Shown piece after piece: positions 37,401-50,525 of a stretch of DNA of 64,000 nucleotides. Each line of letters opens with the position of its first letter. The stretch's first letter is position 1. A program made the position numbers and the translations under genes. The stretch comes from Amoebophrya sp. A120 (taxonomy: Eukaryota > Protista > Dinoflagellata), in the NCBI GenBank assembly GCA_905178155.1, contig CAJINV010000014.1, positions 716,116-780,115 of the forward strand. The letters run 5' to 3'. Under the pieces are notes generated by a model. The model searched no databases and was not told where the DNA came from. It saw only the letters and a program-made list of their open reading frames with translations.

Positions 37401-39693
37401 TCAGTTGTCATGCAAAATACCCAATCCACCCTTTGCCTCTTGGCACTGTTTGCATGACAAGTTCTGGTCGTCGACCAAATAGCACTACACTGCAGTGCAA
37501 ATTTGTCATGCCAAACCGGTATTCTTGCTGATGCTTGTATTGCCGTTCATGCTATACAAATGAGGGGGAGAGGAAGTTGTGCACTGTCATAACTTTTTCA
37601 GGTTCGCGGAGGGGAGCTTCAGGAAGTCCGAGGACTGAAACGTCGCACTCGTGCTGTTTGTTCCTGAGGACGAGGAAGTAGTGCCGCTGCTGGACGCGAG
37701 CCGGCGGCACTGCTGCTGCACGGACACAAACAAGCGCTCAAACGCAATGTCGAGGATCTCCGTGGTCTCCTGGATCACGTCAAACGCGCTGGTCTGGTTC
37801 AGCAACGCCGAGAAACCGTTTTTGTTCGTCACTTATCAAAAGGAAAAATCCCCCCTCCCCACATCAAAACGAGATTTCTGATGCTGGATTTGAGTGCACA
37901 AATCAGGTTTGTATTGCAGGAAAGCATTGCAGTCAGATCCCCAGGCTAGGCAGGGGCGTATGCGTCTAGTTGTTCAGCATGGCAAGCGGCTCCCCTTTAG
38001 GCCCAATAGCATGACAAATCGCTTCCATAGTGTGGCGGAAGCTTCTGCCGGTGTCTTCTTGCAATACAAATGTGATTTGCGACCTCAAATCAGCAACACA
38101 AATTTTCGAAAACATACCTTTTCGATATGGGGAGGGGGGATTTTTGCTTTTGATATCACTGTCGTGAAATTCGTCACCGAACTTGCGTCGGACATGTTCG
38201 AGCTGTATGGGTGTGCCAGGATCGAAATCGACAAAATCGAAAAATTTGTGATGCGTAAAATGTAGGGCACTGCAGGCCTGTATTGGGGAGCAGGCAAATG
38301 AGACCGATTGGCAGCCTGTTTAGGGGTATACAATGTGCTGCCAGAGTAGCATGACAGGAGCAGTCTTCTTTGCCCAAACAGCATGACAGACTGGATTTGG
38401 TCTCCCCCGAAATTTGTCATGCGCCACTTGGAAAGTGAGGCTCCAACTGACATCGATTGTGTGCATCACAAATTTTTCGATTTTGTCAATTTTTTGTCAA
38501 TTTCGATTCTGCCACTTCCATAAGCTGTAGTTTTTGTTTAGCCTGCTCGTCCCAACGCCGGAGCTTGTTGTGCCGGGATGAATGGATGCAATAGTACTTC
38601 CCGCGGCGGGTCCACCGCCGACAATGCTACTTCCGTCCCCAGCTCCTCCGCCCCCACCCGCCCCGCCGCCCGAGGATGAAAAGGTGCAGTTCCGCCGAAT
38701 TTCCTCGATTTTTTCCAGAATTTGGAAAAACCGGTTGTCGATCGGGTAATCGTATCAAATGTAAAAATGTCTGGGTCTGGAAGAATTCATGTTTGTCAAG
38801 CTTGTCTGGCATGACTCTTAAATCTGTCATGCACGCTACCCAAGACCTCCATTTTTCTGTGATGCAGAAACGCCGTGTGTCATGCACAATAGGCAACACC
38901 TAGAAGCTCAGAAACTTGTCATGCTGAGCCAGCACTTGTGGCCTCATCATGAGACGCCACCCAGCATCACAGTTTTCCAGACCCAGACATTTTTACATTC
39001 GATAAATCGCTGTTGCGGATCCGCTCCAGGTCCTCCTCGGGGAGCTGGAACTTTTTCAAAAAGGAGTTGCAGATTTTCAGTTTTTCGTTCGATATCTGCT
39101 GCTTTTCCCGCAGACGGAGGGCTTCCTCGTGAATCAGTTTCGTCTTCTTCCGGCTGTCCTTCAGATCAAAGTGGACGCGGTCGGCCAAGTCGCCCAACTC
39201 GGTAATTTGTTGGTCCAGGTCGGTCAGCATCGACTCGATCGGGGTGAAGTGCTGGATAAACTGCTCGTGGACCTGATGCAGAATGAAGAAACCAGCACTA
39301 TTTACGCTTAAACTTTTTTTTTTGCGCAACAATTTTTTTGTGCAAGTAGTACCAGCACGATGCAGATCCGATCTTCATGAGGAAAAAAAAATAGACAAAC
39401 ACGACATAATTCCACCATGAGTAATCTCTAGGCACCTTCAAACTTTGCTGTTCCACGTGCGAGCGCAGATTCCGGCGTGTGTGCGCGTTGTTGTCTGAGA
39501 CAAATTTGGACAGACATTTCAGCTCGTCCCGAAGCAAATCTGGCCGCAGTTGCAACACCTTCCGCACCTTCCGCGTCAGCGTCGCGGTGGCCTCGGCTGA
39601 GGTGCTCGCTGCGGAGGAACCCGCGGCGGTTGTGCCGGGCATGGTTGATGTGCCGCTCCCGGGTGGTAACGGAGCGGCAACTGCGGCGGCCAT
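34413..39693 (-). CDS. COG6: Conserved oligomeric Golgi complex subunit 6
   Basis: N-terminal RKVRKVL...RRNLRSHVE, FLKKFQL, and the COG6-type motif [31 protein letters not shown]. Contains 7 introners plus canonical introns (e.g. 39273-39435). Start codon tentative. Confidence 0.85.
34996..35306. mobile_element. Introner family D
   Basis: TIR core GAAAAATCCCCCC.CGCCATA; TSD cgaat. Confidence 0.9.
35984..36189. mobile_element. Introner family G
   Basis: TSD catca. Confidence 0.92.
36503..36778. mobile_element. Introner family C
   Basis: TSD agtcg. Confidence 0.9.
37373..37591. mobile_element. Introner family F
   Basis: TIR TATGACAGTGCACAACT.CC.CTCCCCCTCA; TSD acttc/acttt. Confidence 0.92.
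37834..38155. mobile_element. Introner family D
   Basis: TSD tcact. Confidence 0.9.
38206..38522. mobile_element. Introner family H
   Basis: TSD agctg. Confidence 0.9.
38753..39004. mobile_element. Introner family A
   Basis: TSD aatcg; close to 11454-11705. Confidence 0.92.
39273..39435 (-). other. Canonical GT-AG intron in COG6
   Basis: QSLK|VHEQ. Confidence 0.8.
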
Positions 39694-40948
39694 TGCGACA
39701 GCCACTTCTCGTTGCAATTGATGAGAGGAGGCAACACTAGTAGAGCGTCGACCTCTACTCACCGGGCCTCAACGAGCAGAAAGGGGGCATTGTTTGATTT
39801 TATGGGAACATGATAGACATAGATTGTGTCAAGGAGGACATGAAGATTGTCGAGGGATGGAATTTTTTAGAAACACTTCGAAAATTATCTGTACAACAAT
39901 GGTCGAGTCAAGCTGATGCTTTCGATGTCTATCTGCATGAAGATCAGTTTCGAAAAGACCGATAATTTTTACGAAAAGTTGATGTCCAGTGCTTCACAAA
40001 AAATTGAAATTATCGCATGGGCATGCAGGAGCAATTCTGTGTGTCGGTACTTACTAGACTGAAATAAGACTCGTCCGGAGAAATACACTTGATAGATCCC
40101 ATGGTCGTCCGTGCAGCTGAGGCTGCGGGCGCGTTGCAACTACGCGGGTTGTAATTCAGATGATCATGGCGTGTGCTGAAGTAAGCGAACACCGCGAGTA
40201 GGTAAACCGGTCCCGTGTGCTGAGTCGCAAGATATCAGGCCCTTATGCACACCTCCTTGGCCGGCGCCGGTTTCTGTACACGAATTTTCCGAACTACATT
40301 TTCTCCTTGCTTTAAAAATTGTTGTAAATTGCCTTGATTTTTGTTCCATCATGTAAAACAAAGACAAAAGATAAAATTGATGTCCGTAGATAAAGTAGCC
40401 CAGCATGGTTCTTCATCTCGCTTGATAAGGTTATTAAGGTTAAGAATTATGAGCACGATTCTACATACTCTGGAGGCTCCTGTAGTACTACCCGTGTCGT
40501 GTCGCTCCCATGGTTGTGTTTCTGCACCAACCACCTGCAGTCTTGTAGCGCGGCTCGAGTTCATTTTACGTGTATTCAACATTTGCTGTTGTACATGATA
40601 TGGCATCTAATTTCGAAGTTAAACTCCAGCTCCATGCTATTGGTATTCTTTTCTATAAGAAATTCGAAAGCGTTCATTAATTCTGATGTGTTCCATTCGT
40701 CTCAGCGGTCGAAACAACTACATGTTTTTTTTTGCATCTGTAAAATCATAATTTGCATCGAGCGGTCTATAGAATAAAAGAGAAACCAGGTTCATGTGGC
40801 ATCTGCTGCCTACCTATTCAAAAGTGCAATCTATCCTGTCATCAATTCGAAACTGTTGTAAAAACAAGCGGAATAAAGCTTAATAGTGCGATAAATTCTG
40901 TTTTTTTACGGCATGATGTGACTTTAATATTTCTGTCACCTCATCAAA

Positions 40949-43900
40949 TCATCCCCGCTTCTTTCCCGCCCCCACCGTGTTCGCCCCGGCAAAAGCTGAG
41001 CCTGCACCACCGGTACCAGGCGGCATGACCGGAATGGCTTTGCCCTGGACGTCTAATTTTCCCAAGAACGTCGGCTTTTTCAAACAGCAACTGCCCTGGT
41101 AAATCAGCTCCCACTCCCCCGTGTCCGGCGGCTCCGCGTACTTGTCCACGGGTTGCTTGTTCTCGATCTTGTTGTTCATTTCCAGCTTGGTATCGACCAC
41201 CACCTTTGCCAAATCTTCCATGACCTGCTTGACGAGCGGCGTGGTCACCGGCGTCGAGTAGTCCATTGCGGGCGAGGAGTTCACCTCGATCAACCAGGTT
41301 TTCAGATCTTCGTCCAGCATGAAATCGTAGCCGAAGAGCTCCATGGAATTTTTCCGGTGCTGTGGAAGTGCATTTGATTTTCAAACAAGGATGATCCATC
41401 GCGAAGTCAAAGTGGAGAACTAGTACCGGGTACAATTTTATCAAGCGGAGAAGGACAAAATAAAACAGCCCGTGCTTAACAAATATGACCGTATATACTT
41501 ACCTCAATCCCATCTTGCACGGACAGTAGTGAGAGCTTCACGATTTGGATGATATCCGGAAGAATTTTCCTGCTCCACACATCCACACAAAACCGTGGGT
41601 CCGGCGGGGGCGTGCTGCGCCTCTGGCGTGTATGGAGGCGCTGCTCTCAAACGTTCTTACATTGGTCGCTGCTGCGTGATGGCGATGTGAAGTTGCAATA
41701 ATAGCATAAGTGAAAGGAAAAAGGAAAAGCTTGCGCGTCTTGCATGACAAAGTAACGTAGTTTGAGAGCAATCCCATATCTTGCAGGCGAGTCGTCGTCC
41801 GAGCTGTCGGGCGGGGGTGCAGCGGAGGAAGTCGTAGAAGTTGTTGCAGCAGGAGCCCTAGCATGAGTATTATTATCCGTAGATGATGAACAACTGGTGT
41901 CCGGCGGCGCACTAGCAGGTCCTAAAAGTGAAGGTGTTGTTGACCCAGAAGTGCCAGTTCTGCGGTCAGCCCCGTTTATCGTAGTTCCCGTGCAGCTGGT
42001 CATCCAAGACTTTTGGTGGTGTTCATGTTGACCGCTATCTGCTTCCCCAAGCACTTCCACCTTCACCTCCGCTGTGTCTACCAACTTGGGCAATTTCAAA
42101 AGCTGAGTCTCGGTTTCCGACGCGGTCGTCGAAATTTGCTCACTGCCGCTCACTGGAAACGACGTGCCAGCAGCGAAGCCGTCACCGGGCTGTTGTGGCT
42201 TTATCGGCGATAGTTTGACGTTGGACGATTTGATGTTCTCTGCTGCACCAGAATTGACGTGCTGGCTCGAAGAACTCGAAGTCGTGGTGCAGCTGCTTGA
42301 CGAGGAGGAGGATCTGCTGGCATGATCCGTCGTAGCGGCGGTGAAATCTTTAGTAGTTGCGGTCTCGGCCAAACAAGCAACCTGCTGCTGCTGCTGACCA
42401 CCTTGGTGTAGTTCTATTGCGGGCGGCGGTGCGCCGTTTGGTGCATTGTTATCCTCGTAATCCTCCTCGTCGCACTCCTCCTGCACAAACCGGACTTCCT
42501 CTATGAATTGCAAAAATGTCTGGGTCTGGAAGATTGCAACCTGTCATGGTAAATCTGAAGCATGCAAAAATCTGTGTTGCATGAGTGCCAAAAGCTGTCC
42601 ACTTTTGACCAAGTTTGAGCGGGGTTTCTCATGCAGAATAGGCATGGGAGAGGCCTCGCATAGTCTGTCATGCTAAGTCCCGCATTCCAGACCTCATGGG
42701 TCATGGAAAATCTGCATGACAAGTCTACACTCTTCCAGACCCAGACATTTTTGCATTCGATATCCTCCCACGATACGCCAAAGGTCTCACACAGAAAACA
42801 CTTCACATCTGACAACCTCTACTGCATTTGCAGTTGTACTTCCAGTTACTTAATACTTGTTTTACATGCAAAAGCCATATAGAAAAACTCCTCTTCCTCT
42901 GTCATGGCCACTCAGCGGCCATCGCAACATGCTGCTGCAGAGGAGCTGCAAAGCAAAGGGAAAAGCTTCAGTTCTACTGTTAAAGAAAGTCGCGCTATCA
43001 TTTTATTTCGAATTATGGTTGCATAGACGTACAAGTAGCTAGTAGATGCCAGACTTCATAATTTTCCATCAAGGATAAAACGTTTCGCAGGTGTAGGGGG
43101 GCTCGTGGAGAAAATCCGGTTTCGCGGGCGCGTGGCCAAACTTTTTTATGAACTGCAAAAGTATCGCACTCGTATAAATGCATTACAAATTTCCTCCGCA
43201 TGACAGATAAAATTAAAATTTGTAATGCGGATTTACCTTAAGCTAAAGATTTGTAATGCATGACTGCAATACGAATGCGATACTTTTGCACAGGATATTT
43301 TTCGCGATCGAGCAATGCGGACAGTATTCGTCGTGGAGCCACTTTTATGCAAGAAAAAAGCTGTGTAAGTGTAAGTCTGTGATGCAGAAAGTGCAAAACT
43401 GTCACACTTGTCATGCTGTATCTGCGTCATAGGCTACTTTCATACGTGTTGGTGTTTCCACGTACTAGCTGCGCATGACAGGTTTACCTTCTAATGCAAA
43501 GCGAATTTGTGATGCTTCTCTTCCTACATAGTATACACTTACACAGTTTTTTTCCTGGATATCTTTTGAAACTTTTGGTAGAACCACATGTAGTGCGCGG
43601 AGTCGAGCTCGTCGTTCCATTCGCCAAAATTCTCCTTGTCCGTGTACACGATGGAATTGTTTACCAAGTGGACGTAGGCGGAGTGGTCCGTGGTGGAAAA
43701 CTTTTTGCTCGCGAACCGGAGGTAGGGCTGCTTCCAGAGGTACACTATGGCGCTTTTAACTGTTCCATTCTCAGCTGTTACATGATTTGTCACGCAAATT
43801 TGCCTTCATCAGCCTTGACTATCGGCCCCATCAAGCTGCTTCGCGTGACAGATTCTCAGACGGCCAAACAGGGTGAAAATCTGCGCCAAACCTGTCACGC

Positions 43901-46900
43901 AAGACGCGCAAGGTCCTTCCTTTCACTTTTGCAATTCTTGCTTCACAAATTCATGTAACAATTGAGAATGTAGCATTTGAGAACGCCATATACACTGTCA
44001 AAGGGTTCCAGTCCGTGACCAGCACCCACTGGCGAATGTCAAATTTGTAGCCTTTGATGGTCAACGGCCGCTCGATGTATTTCTGCACGATCCACTGCTC
44101 GATGTACTTGCCAACCTGTTGCAAGTTCTCATCGTCGTCCGGGGTTCTGGAGTAGAGGTAGCTCGGCAGCGGGCCGCTGCTGGTCTTCTGGAGAATCTCC
44201 TCCAGCTCCCGGCACATCTCGATGCCGCGGCCCCGCGACTTGCCCGCGGGCTTGATGATCCACGTGTTCTTCGGCCCGATCAAACACCGGCTTTCGCTGC
44301 TGTTGTTGAACTCGTGAAGGACCAAATTGCACTCGTACGCGAGAAATTTGCAGACCGGGCGCTGCGCGAAGTCCGGCATCCGCACGTAGTAGGTGATGTC
44401 GTCGGCGGCGTCTTTCTCGTCCCGTTTCTTCTTCAATTTCTCCAGTCTTTTCAACTCCTTCGTCTTCACGTCCAGCGGATCGTACACGATGAGCGGCTGG
44501 CGAAATTTGGGCTGCGGCCGCTGGAGCTTGTCCAGCACGGACAACGGATCGTCCAGATTCACGCGCTGAATGTACTTCCACTCGTCGTACGTGACCAGAT
44601 TTTTCTTCTCCGCCGTGTCCTTGTCGTCGATCGCGTCGTCCGCCTCCAGCAAAATCCGCTTGCAGACCTTCAGCGCGATCCGCACCACGTCCTCACTGTG
44701 GGTGAAAAACGGCGGGATCTGCTTCTGCTTCTCGATGATGTGGGCCGGCGGGATCAGATTTTCGAACAAACTAGAGGAACTGTTGGACCGGGACCGAGTT
44801 TGTGGTTGTTTTTCGTTAGGGGAAGTACAACTAGAGGAACCACCTTTAGAATTCGCTGCGAATTTATTGCTGCTCTTCATCTTGTCCTGATCCTCATTCG
44901 TCCCACCAGAACTGTTCGCCTTTTTTTTCCTGCCAAACACCTTCTTTTTCCACATGCTGGCGGCCGCCACCGCCGCCTTCTCCGCATCGGATTCCTTCCG
45001 CGGTTTTGCGCTCAGGGCAGATTTTTCTTCCAATAAAGCCGCGACTTCCTTTATCGCGAGGAAAAATGCCCCCACCCCCAAGTTGCAAAAGTTTGTGTAT
45101 GCAAAGTTTCCAAGTGAAAACTTTTTGTCATGCATGAAATGAGTATGAACCTTTCTGATGCAGAGTCTAGGCGTGTCTCGCATCGCTTGCGAGACAAGCG
45201 CCGCTCTTGCTGGGATCTTTTGCAATACAGATTTTTCCTATTCACGATCGGAAATCTGTGATGCTGATAGATGCAAGAGGGCGAATGTTTCATTTGGAAA
45301 GGTTTCCAATACAAATGCTCCCAAGTTCGGGGGTGGGGACATTTTTCATTGTAATATCCTTGCGGCTGTTGAAGCTGTCCTTGCGCTCCACGAAGCTGCA
45401 CTGGTCGTAGGCCTTATCAGAGTGCACAACTCCCCCGCGTCCCCCTCATTTGTATTGCATAACTGGCAATAAAAGCGTCAGCAACAATGCAGGTTTTGCA
45501 TGACAAATTTCCATAGAATTGTAGTGCTATTTGGGCTTCCAGAACTTGTCATGCATAATAGTGACAGGAGGGAAAGCGCGCATTTGGTATTTTGCATGAC
45601 AAATGAGAACGAGGGGGAGTTGTGTACTTATTCTGATAGGCCTCCAGGAAGGCACACAGAATGCTTTGGCACTTGCTGATTTGGAAGGCGGTGCAGAAAT
45701 CCGCCTTTTCGCGGCTCAGGTCGAAGCACAGCGGGTAGAAGCTGCTGCTTTCCTGCGCGAGAAACTCCGATTCCGCCGCAGATGATAATTCCGCGTTTGC
45801 GTCGTCCCTTTCCCGGTCGAGCAAATGGTCTTTCACGTCCGGCATCTGGATGTCGTCCGATTGCAGGATCATGTTCGTAAGCGTGACTTGCGGTTCCTGC
45901 TCCGAAGTGGATCGGAGTTGCTTCGACAGCGACTGCACCTGAATCAGGTTACTGCTGTTATTACCCCCAGCAACTGCAGGGGTCCCAGCTTGATGTGTAG
46001 GTGTAGTTCCTGCTGCTGCCCCCGCTGTAGAAGTGCCACTGCTCGACATGATTTTGATTCCGTTAGTAGAACTACTGTTGCCCACAAAGTTCGACTGGGT
46101 CTGGAGAAACTCGTCTGCCCGAGGGTGCTTAGACGTCGCCGAGCTGGATGACCCCGACCCTGACCTAGAAAGCGTGTTTCCCGTTCGATTGAAGGAGGAC
46201 GTGGGCGTCTGCGGGGTGGGCGTCGTCGCGTAGAAGGTAGTAGTTGTCACCGTTCCTGCTCCTGCGCCACTGCTTGTTTTCAAACAACCGTCGCTCTGAT
46301 GATCCGAGTCTACTGCAGTAGTTCTTTTCGATTGATTTTCGCCAGGTCGTTGCAAGCACTCCGATTTTTCCTGATCGTCTTTGGATTGAGATTCATGCAG
46401 CTCCCCCACCGTGGTTTGATGTTCATCCGTACCACCAACCGCCGTTACTGTAGTCGTCGTCCCGATTCCGAGCTCGGCCAGCCGACTTTCCTCCATTGTC
46501 CTCAACTTCTTCCGGCGGAACACCATGTTTCCCACGGGCGGCAGCCACGAGGAGTTCCGCAGATTTAGCGTCAGCCCGAGCTTCGTCGTGATTTCGCGGT
46601 TGCGCTGGTAGTGGTTCACAATCTGGTGCGGGTCCAATTTGTCGTACTCAATGTCGCAGGCCTTCAGCGTGAAGATCAGGTCGAAGAACCGGCTCTGCGG
46701 GTCCGTGTTTTCCACCCAGTTCCGCGCCAGCATGGCCTGCCGAAAGTCCGGGTACCCACCAATCACGATGAAAACGCCCTTGGCCTCCTGATCGCAGTGG
46801 TTGCGCTTCCGCCAGTCCCGCATGGACGTGCAGATCTTTCCGACGTTCTTCTGCCACAGCGACGTCATGCGGTGATGCATTGTAAAAGCAGTTATATCGC

Positions 46901-49136
46901 AGTCGCATCGACGGTTGTAGATAGAAATCTTCGCATATACGAATTTTTTCAATCAGAACAGGAATGTGCGATCTGTCACTGTCAATGCTAAATCAGCTAA
47001 AAACATAAGGTGTTTCTACTTATGCATGCTTGCAATTACCAGTACCTACGAGTGCGCTCATTTTTTATGCAGGGGATAACGGTTCTTCGAGGGCGATAGC
47101 GAGCCGGACTGGGAATAATTGTCGCGGTTCGTTTTGCGGCCCGGCGAGAGTAAGCCGCCGATCCCGAGCGACTTCTGCATCTTTGGGCTGAGGACGGAGT
47201 GGACAAAGTGCTCGGCCTTGGTCTCGTTGGTCGGGTCCCGGAAGGATTTGCGGCGAAAAGAAGTGGGAGTTTTGTTCGACGTGGGCGTTTTATTGTCGGA
47301 AGTGCTAGTGGTCCCGGTACAACTTGTACCCCCTCCTGGTTGGGGTAGTGGTAAGGAAGTTTGCGCCTGGTGCTTACTGTACCTCGCAGGCGAAGACCAC
47401 TTCGTGCCATTTTTTTTGGCCGCCCGAGCAGTGGAGGAAGATGACGATCCTTTGTCGGCCCCCGTTCTCGTCGCCGTCCCCACCTTGGGCGACAGGGAAG
47501 GCATTCGCGTCGGCGTTTTGTGACCGTCCACCTTAGAAGTACTACAACCCGAAGTAGATGATGAAAGTGTAGCCTCGCCGCCGCCAGAAGTGCTGCTCAT
47601 GGCGCGCGAAGAGGACGGCACGAAAGGTGGTCCACCTCTGCGCTCGTTCATCACCCTGCTGCCTGACGGGGTCGTCGTCGTGGTTGAGCCGTGCGCAGCT
47701 GCAGCGGTTGGTGTGGTGGGTGCAGCTGGAGGTGCGTGGAGGTGCGGGTAGGTCGGCAACGTGGTGCCCGTTTGTTCTTCAGATAGCCCCGCCGTGCTCG
47801 TCGCAGCATTGGCGCGCGTAGAAGTAGAAGAACTTGAAGTAGAACAAGATCCTGATGGCGCTCTTGGCGATGTTGATTTCCCCTGGACCACCATACTGGA
47901 CGACGACGACGCTCTCGAGTGCGCAGTCGCAAAGGACGAGGCTTTCGAAGTGGTAGAAGACGCAGCTGCGTCGCTTGCGGCACTGCTGGACCACGCGGCT
48001 GCTTCTCCGGTTGTAGAAGTTCCTGTCCTTTCTTGGTGCTCCCTGTGGTCAGCACTTCCGGTAGTCGACCCGATCCCGAGCGGGTGGTTGTTATAACTAC
48101 TTTGAGCGGCAAGATTTTTAGCTGCCCCGCCGGATGCAGTTGACGACGCCGAGCCGGTCCGAGGTCTACTGCGTAGCTGTTGCCGAGTTGCGGTTGATGT
48201 GGAGGATGCGGGAGTTGTTACTAAAGCGGGAACAACTATACCAGAGCGCGTCGAAGACGAGGAGGTCGCCGGCCCGGATTTTTTATTCAAAGATGAACCC
48301 GAGCTGCCCACGACCATCTTGTCTCCGTCGCGACCCTGCTGGTTAGTCCTTGTGGTCTCTTCCTGTGCTGCTTGTTCAACACCTTCCGGAGGTGTCGTCG
48401 CCCGGGAGAGAACCACCACCACCTCTTCGGCTTCCTGGGCCAGTTGTTTGATCTTTTCGTCGGCTTTCTGCATGTTTTCAGTGGTCTTCGGAATCTTCGG
48501 CGGCGCCTCCCCGACCTCCTGCTCCGATTGGATGGACTCGAACACGCTCTTCCGCGCCTTGTGCATCGCCCACTGCAGCTTCAGCTTCCTCTTCGTCTTC
48601 TTCAGCTTTTGCTCCTCCCGCTTCTGGATCGCCTTCTGGATGGCAAGCTCCGCCGCATTTTTCAGCAGCGACGGGTTGCCGATCGTGTTCGAGGATGTCG
48701 TGCTTGTCGTGCTGTTTTTCCGCGACGAAGCAGACGGGGCGTTTGACGTAGGTGTAGTAGTACTGGCTTTAGAAGCACCAGTAGAAGCCCCTCCTTGGTC
48801 AGCACTTCTGGGTCCGGCTGCGGCTGGTGGTACAGAAGATATCGACGCAGTAACTGATGTGCTAGGAGCAACATCCCCTCCTGTCGGCGCATCATTAACT
48901 AGCGTTCCAGAAGTCGCCGAGGTCGTGCTCATTCTTACCTTGCCAGAATCTGACTCCTCTTTGTAAAGATTATTTGCCGCGAAAGATATTACACCACCGC
49001 CACCAGTACCGCCCGGCGTTTTTCCCGGCGAAAAAGAAGAAGTGCTGGTTCGTGTACCTGGGTGCACAGCTGCGAATGACCCGCGCGAGGAGCTGCTCGT
49101 GCTCGCGACCGCAGAAAATTTTACGTTCAAATCCAT
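40949..49136 (-). CDS. TTLL3: Tubulin-tyrosine-ligase-like protein, TTLL3/8 (tubulin glycylase) type, with long low-complexity N-terminus
   Basis: Motifs [25 protein letters not shown]...[69 protein letters not shown]. At least 8 introners, a GT-AG intron at 41360-41502, and one unresolved intron at ~42800-43077. Confidence 0.85.
41360..41502 (-). other. Canonical GT-AG intron in the TTLL gene
   Basis: GAG|GTAAGT...CCACAG|CAC joins DGIE|[10 protein letters not shown]. Confidence 0.88.
41631..41778. mobile_element. Degenerate introner
   Basis: TATGG..TGCTCTCAAAC / GTTTGAGAGCA..CCATA; TSD decayed but the +5 rule restores the frame. Confidence 0.7.
42502..42762. mobile_element. Introner family A
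   Basis: TSD tcctc. Confidence 0.92.
43147..43297. mobile_element. Introner family B
   Basis: TSD ttttt. Confidence 0.92.
43346..43561. mobile_element. Introner family J
   Basis: TSD acttt/tcttt. Confidence 0.85.
43746..43990. mobile_element. Introner family E
   Basis: TSD tacac; frame PLTVY|LWKQP. Confidence 0.92.
45052..45356. mobile_element. Introner family C-related
   Basis: TSD tcctt. Confidence 0.9.
45415..45638. mobile_element. Introner family F
   Basis: TSD ggcct. Confidence 0.88.
46874..47078. mobile_element. Degenerate introner (B-like)
   Basis: TSD gcggt/acggt; frame SKNR|MTSLW. Confidence 0.7.
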
Positions 49137-50525
49137 GGTTAATCTGATTAACTAGCTCGCGCAGTGAGAAAGTGAAGATTGATTATAGTAAGATCATGTA
49201 GTACTAGGTCTTGCGACAGGAGGACCACAAGCAACGTCGTGACTGAGCACCCTCTGAAATAGTTCCATACAACTTCCAACTCCACTCAGGTATTTTTCAC
49301 CAGGACATGTTACGACACTCGCCTTCTTGATGAGCTCCACAGAATCACAGTTCTTCAGACGAACAGAATCCCTCAACGTAGTATTCAATCTCAAGGAGGA
49401 TGTGGACCACAAGAAAAAAAGGAAGAAGAAGATAGTACACGGAGGGATACACAAGCTCGCTCTTTCCTGCGCCCGTCTGGGTCTGGTTGAACAAGAACTA
49501 CACCTCCATAATATCATGAGCTACATAAACACTGCTCCGCGTCTTACATCGCATCAGTCACAGTGAAGGCATCGTAGATACTCACTGTCGTGAACACGAC
49601 AACGACACGGTTCTGGTTTATCTGTTTGCTCATTCTATTTATTTCGTCTCGAAGATTTCGTGTGATGGACTTGGACATCACCTCCAAATTGAAGTTGCAC
49701 CATGGAAGGAAGCCTTGGCATCATGCCTCAACCTTATGGCAAAGTCTGGGCGAAGAAAAAACTCCTGGTGGTGAGACGCCAAACAACGAACAAGATCAGG
49801 CAAAAAAACACCTCTGCTGCTTTTGTACAAGTTTGGATTTGGAAAGGTGGTGTAACTGATGAATTTATTCTGCTCGACGTTTTCCATTTCCTTTTCGCCT
49901 TGGAAAGGTATAAATAAGCGGCGTATTTCGTGCAGAGAATCAGAATTCTATTTGAAAAAGGGTCCAAAAAACGGAGCCTCATGTAGACGATGAGAGCTCG
50001 TCACAACGAACAGCACCGCGCGAGGTGGTTACCTTTGCCGGATTATCAAAACTTCAACGTAGTAAACATACTTATACTTTAGTAAAAAAAGCGTCTGCAA
50101 GTCGTGATAGTGTCTTTCCGATCATTTGTATGGCCCTGTTGCCACAAGAAGCCGTAGGATGACTAAGGTCAGTTTTAAACTCAACCGCGTTGAGGTTCTT
50201 TCACGGTTAATTAGAACCATAGCGCCTCAGTAGAATCTTCCGCTGCGTGCAGAGCCCTTTGACGTTTCGATCATTTGGTCGGTACTTCTACTTATTGTCT
50301 GCATCGTTTGCATTCGCGGCCACCTCCTGGGCACTATGCTGGAAGGCCTTTCTGTTTGTTATTGTGCCTGCTATCCATTCTTATTTCTGGTACGTGATCG
50401 CTTTGTTCACAAGCCTAAAACATCTGAACTGCGCTAACAGGTATGGTCGTTGGCTATCGTTTTCTTACACGCTGAGCCGCTGCGGCTCGCTGAGCATGCA
50501 GCTGCATCACCGCTGGCACTACGGG

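Noticed and set aside
42790-43077. Probable additional decayed introner in the TTLL gene
   Set aside because: The right end (GGATA at 43077) is plausible, but the left end and TSD could not be fixed, so it is not listed as a feature.
44119-45036. Long plus-strand ORFs (305 aa here; also 53070-53990 and 48199-48966)
   Set aside because: Antisense shadows of GC3-rich minus-strand coding sequence.
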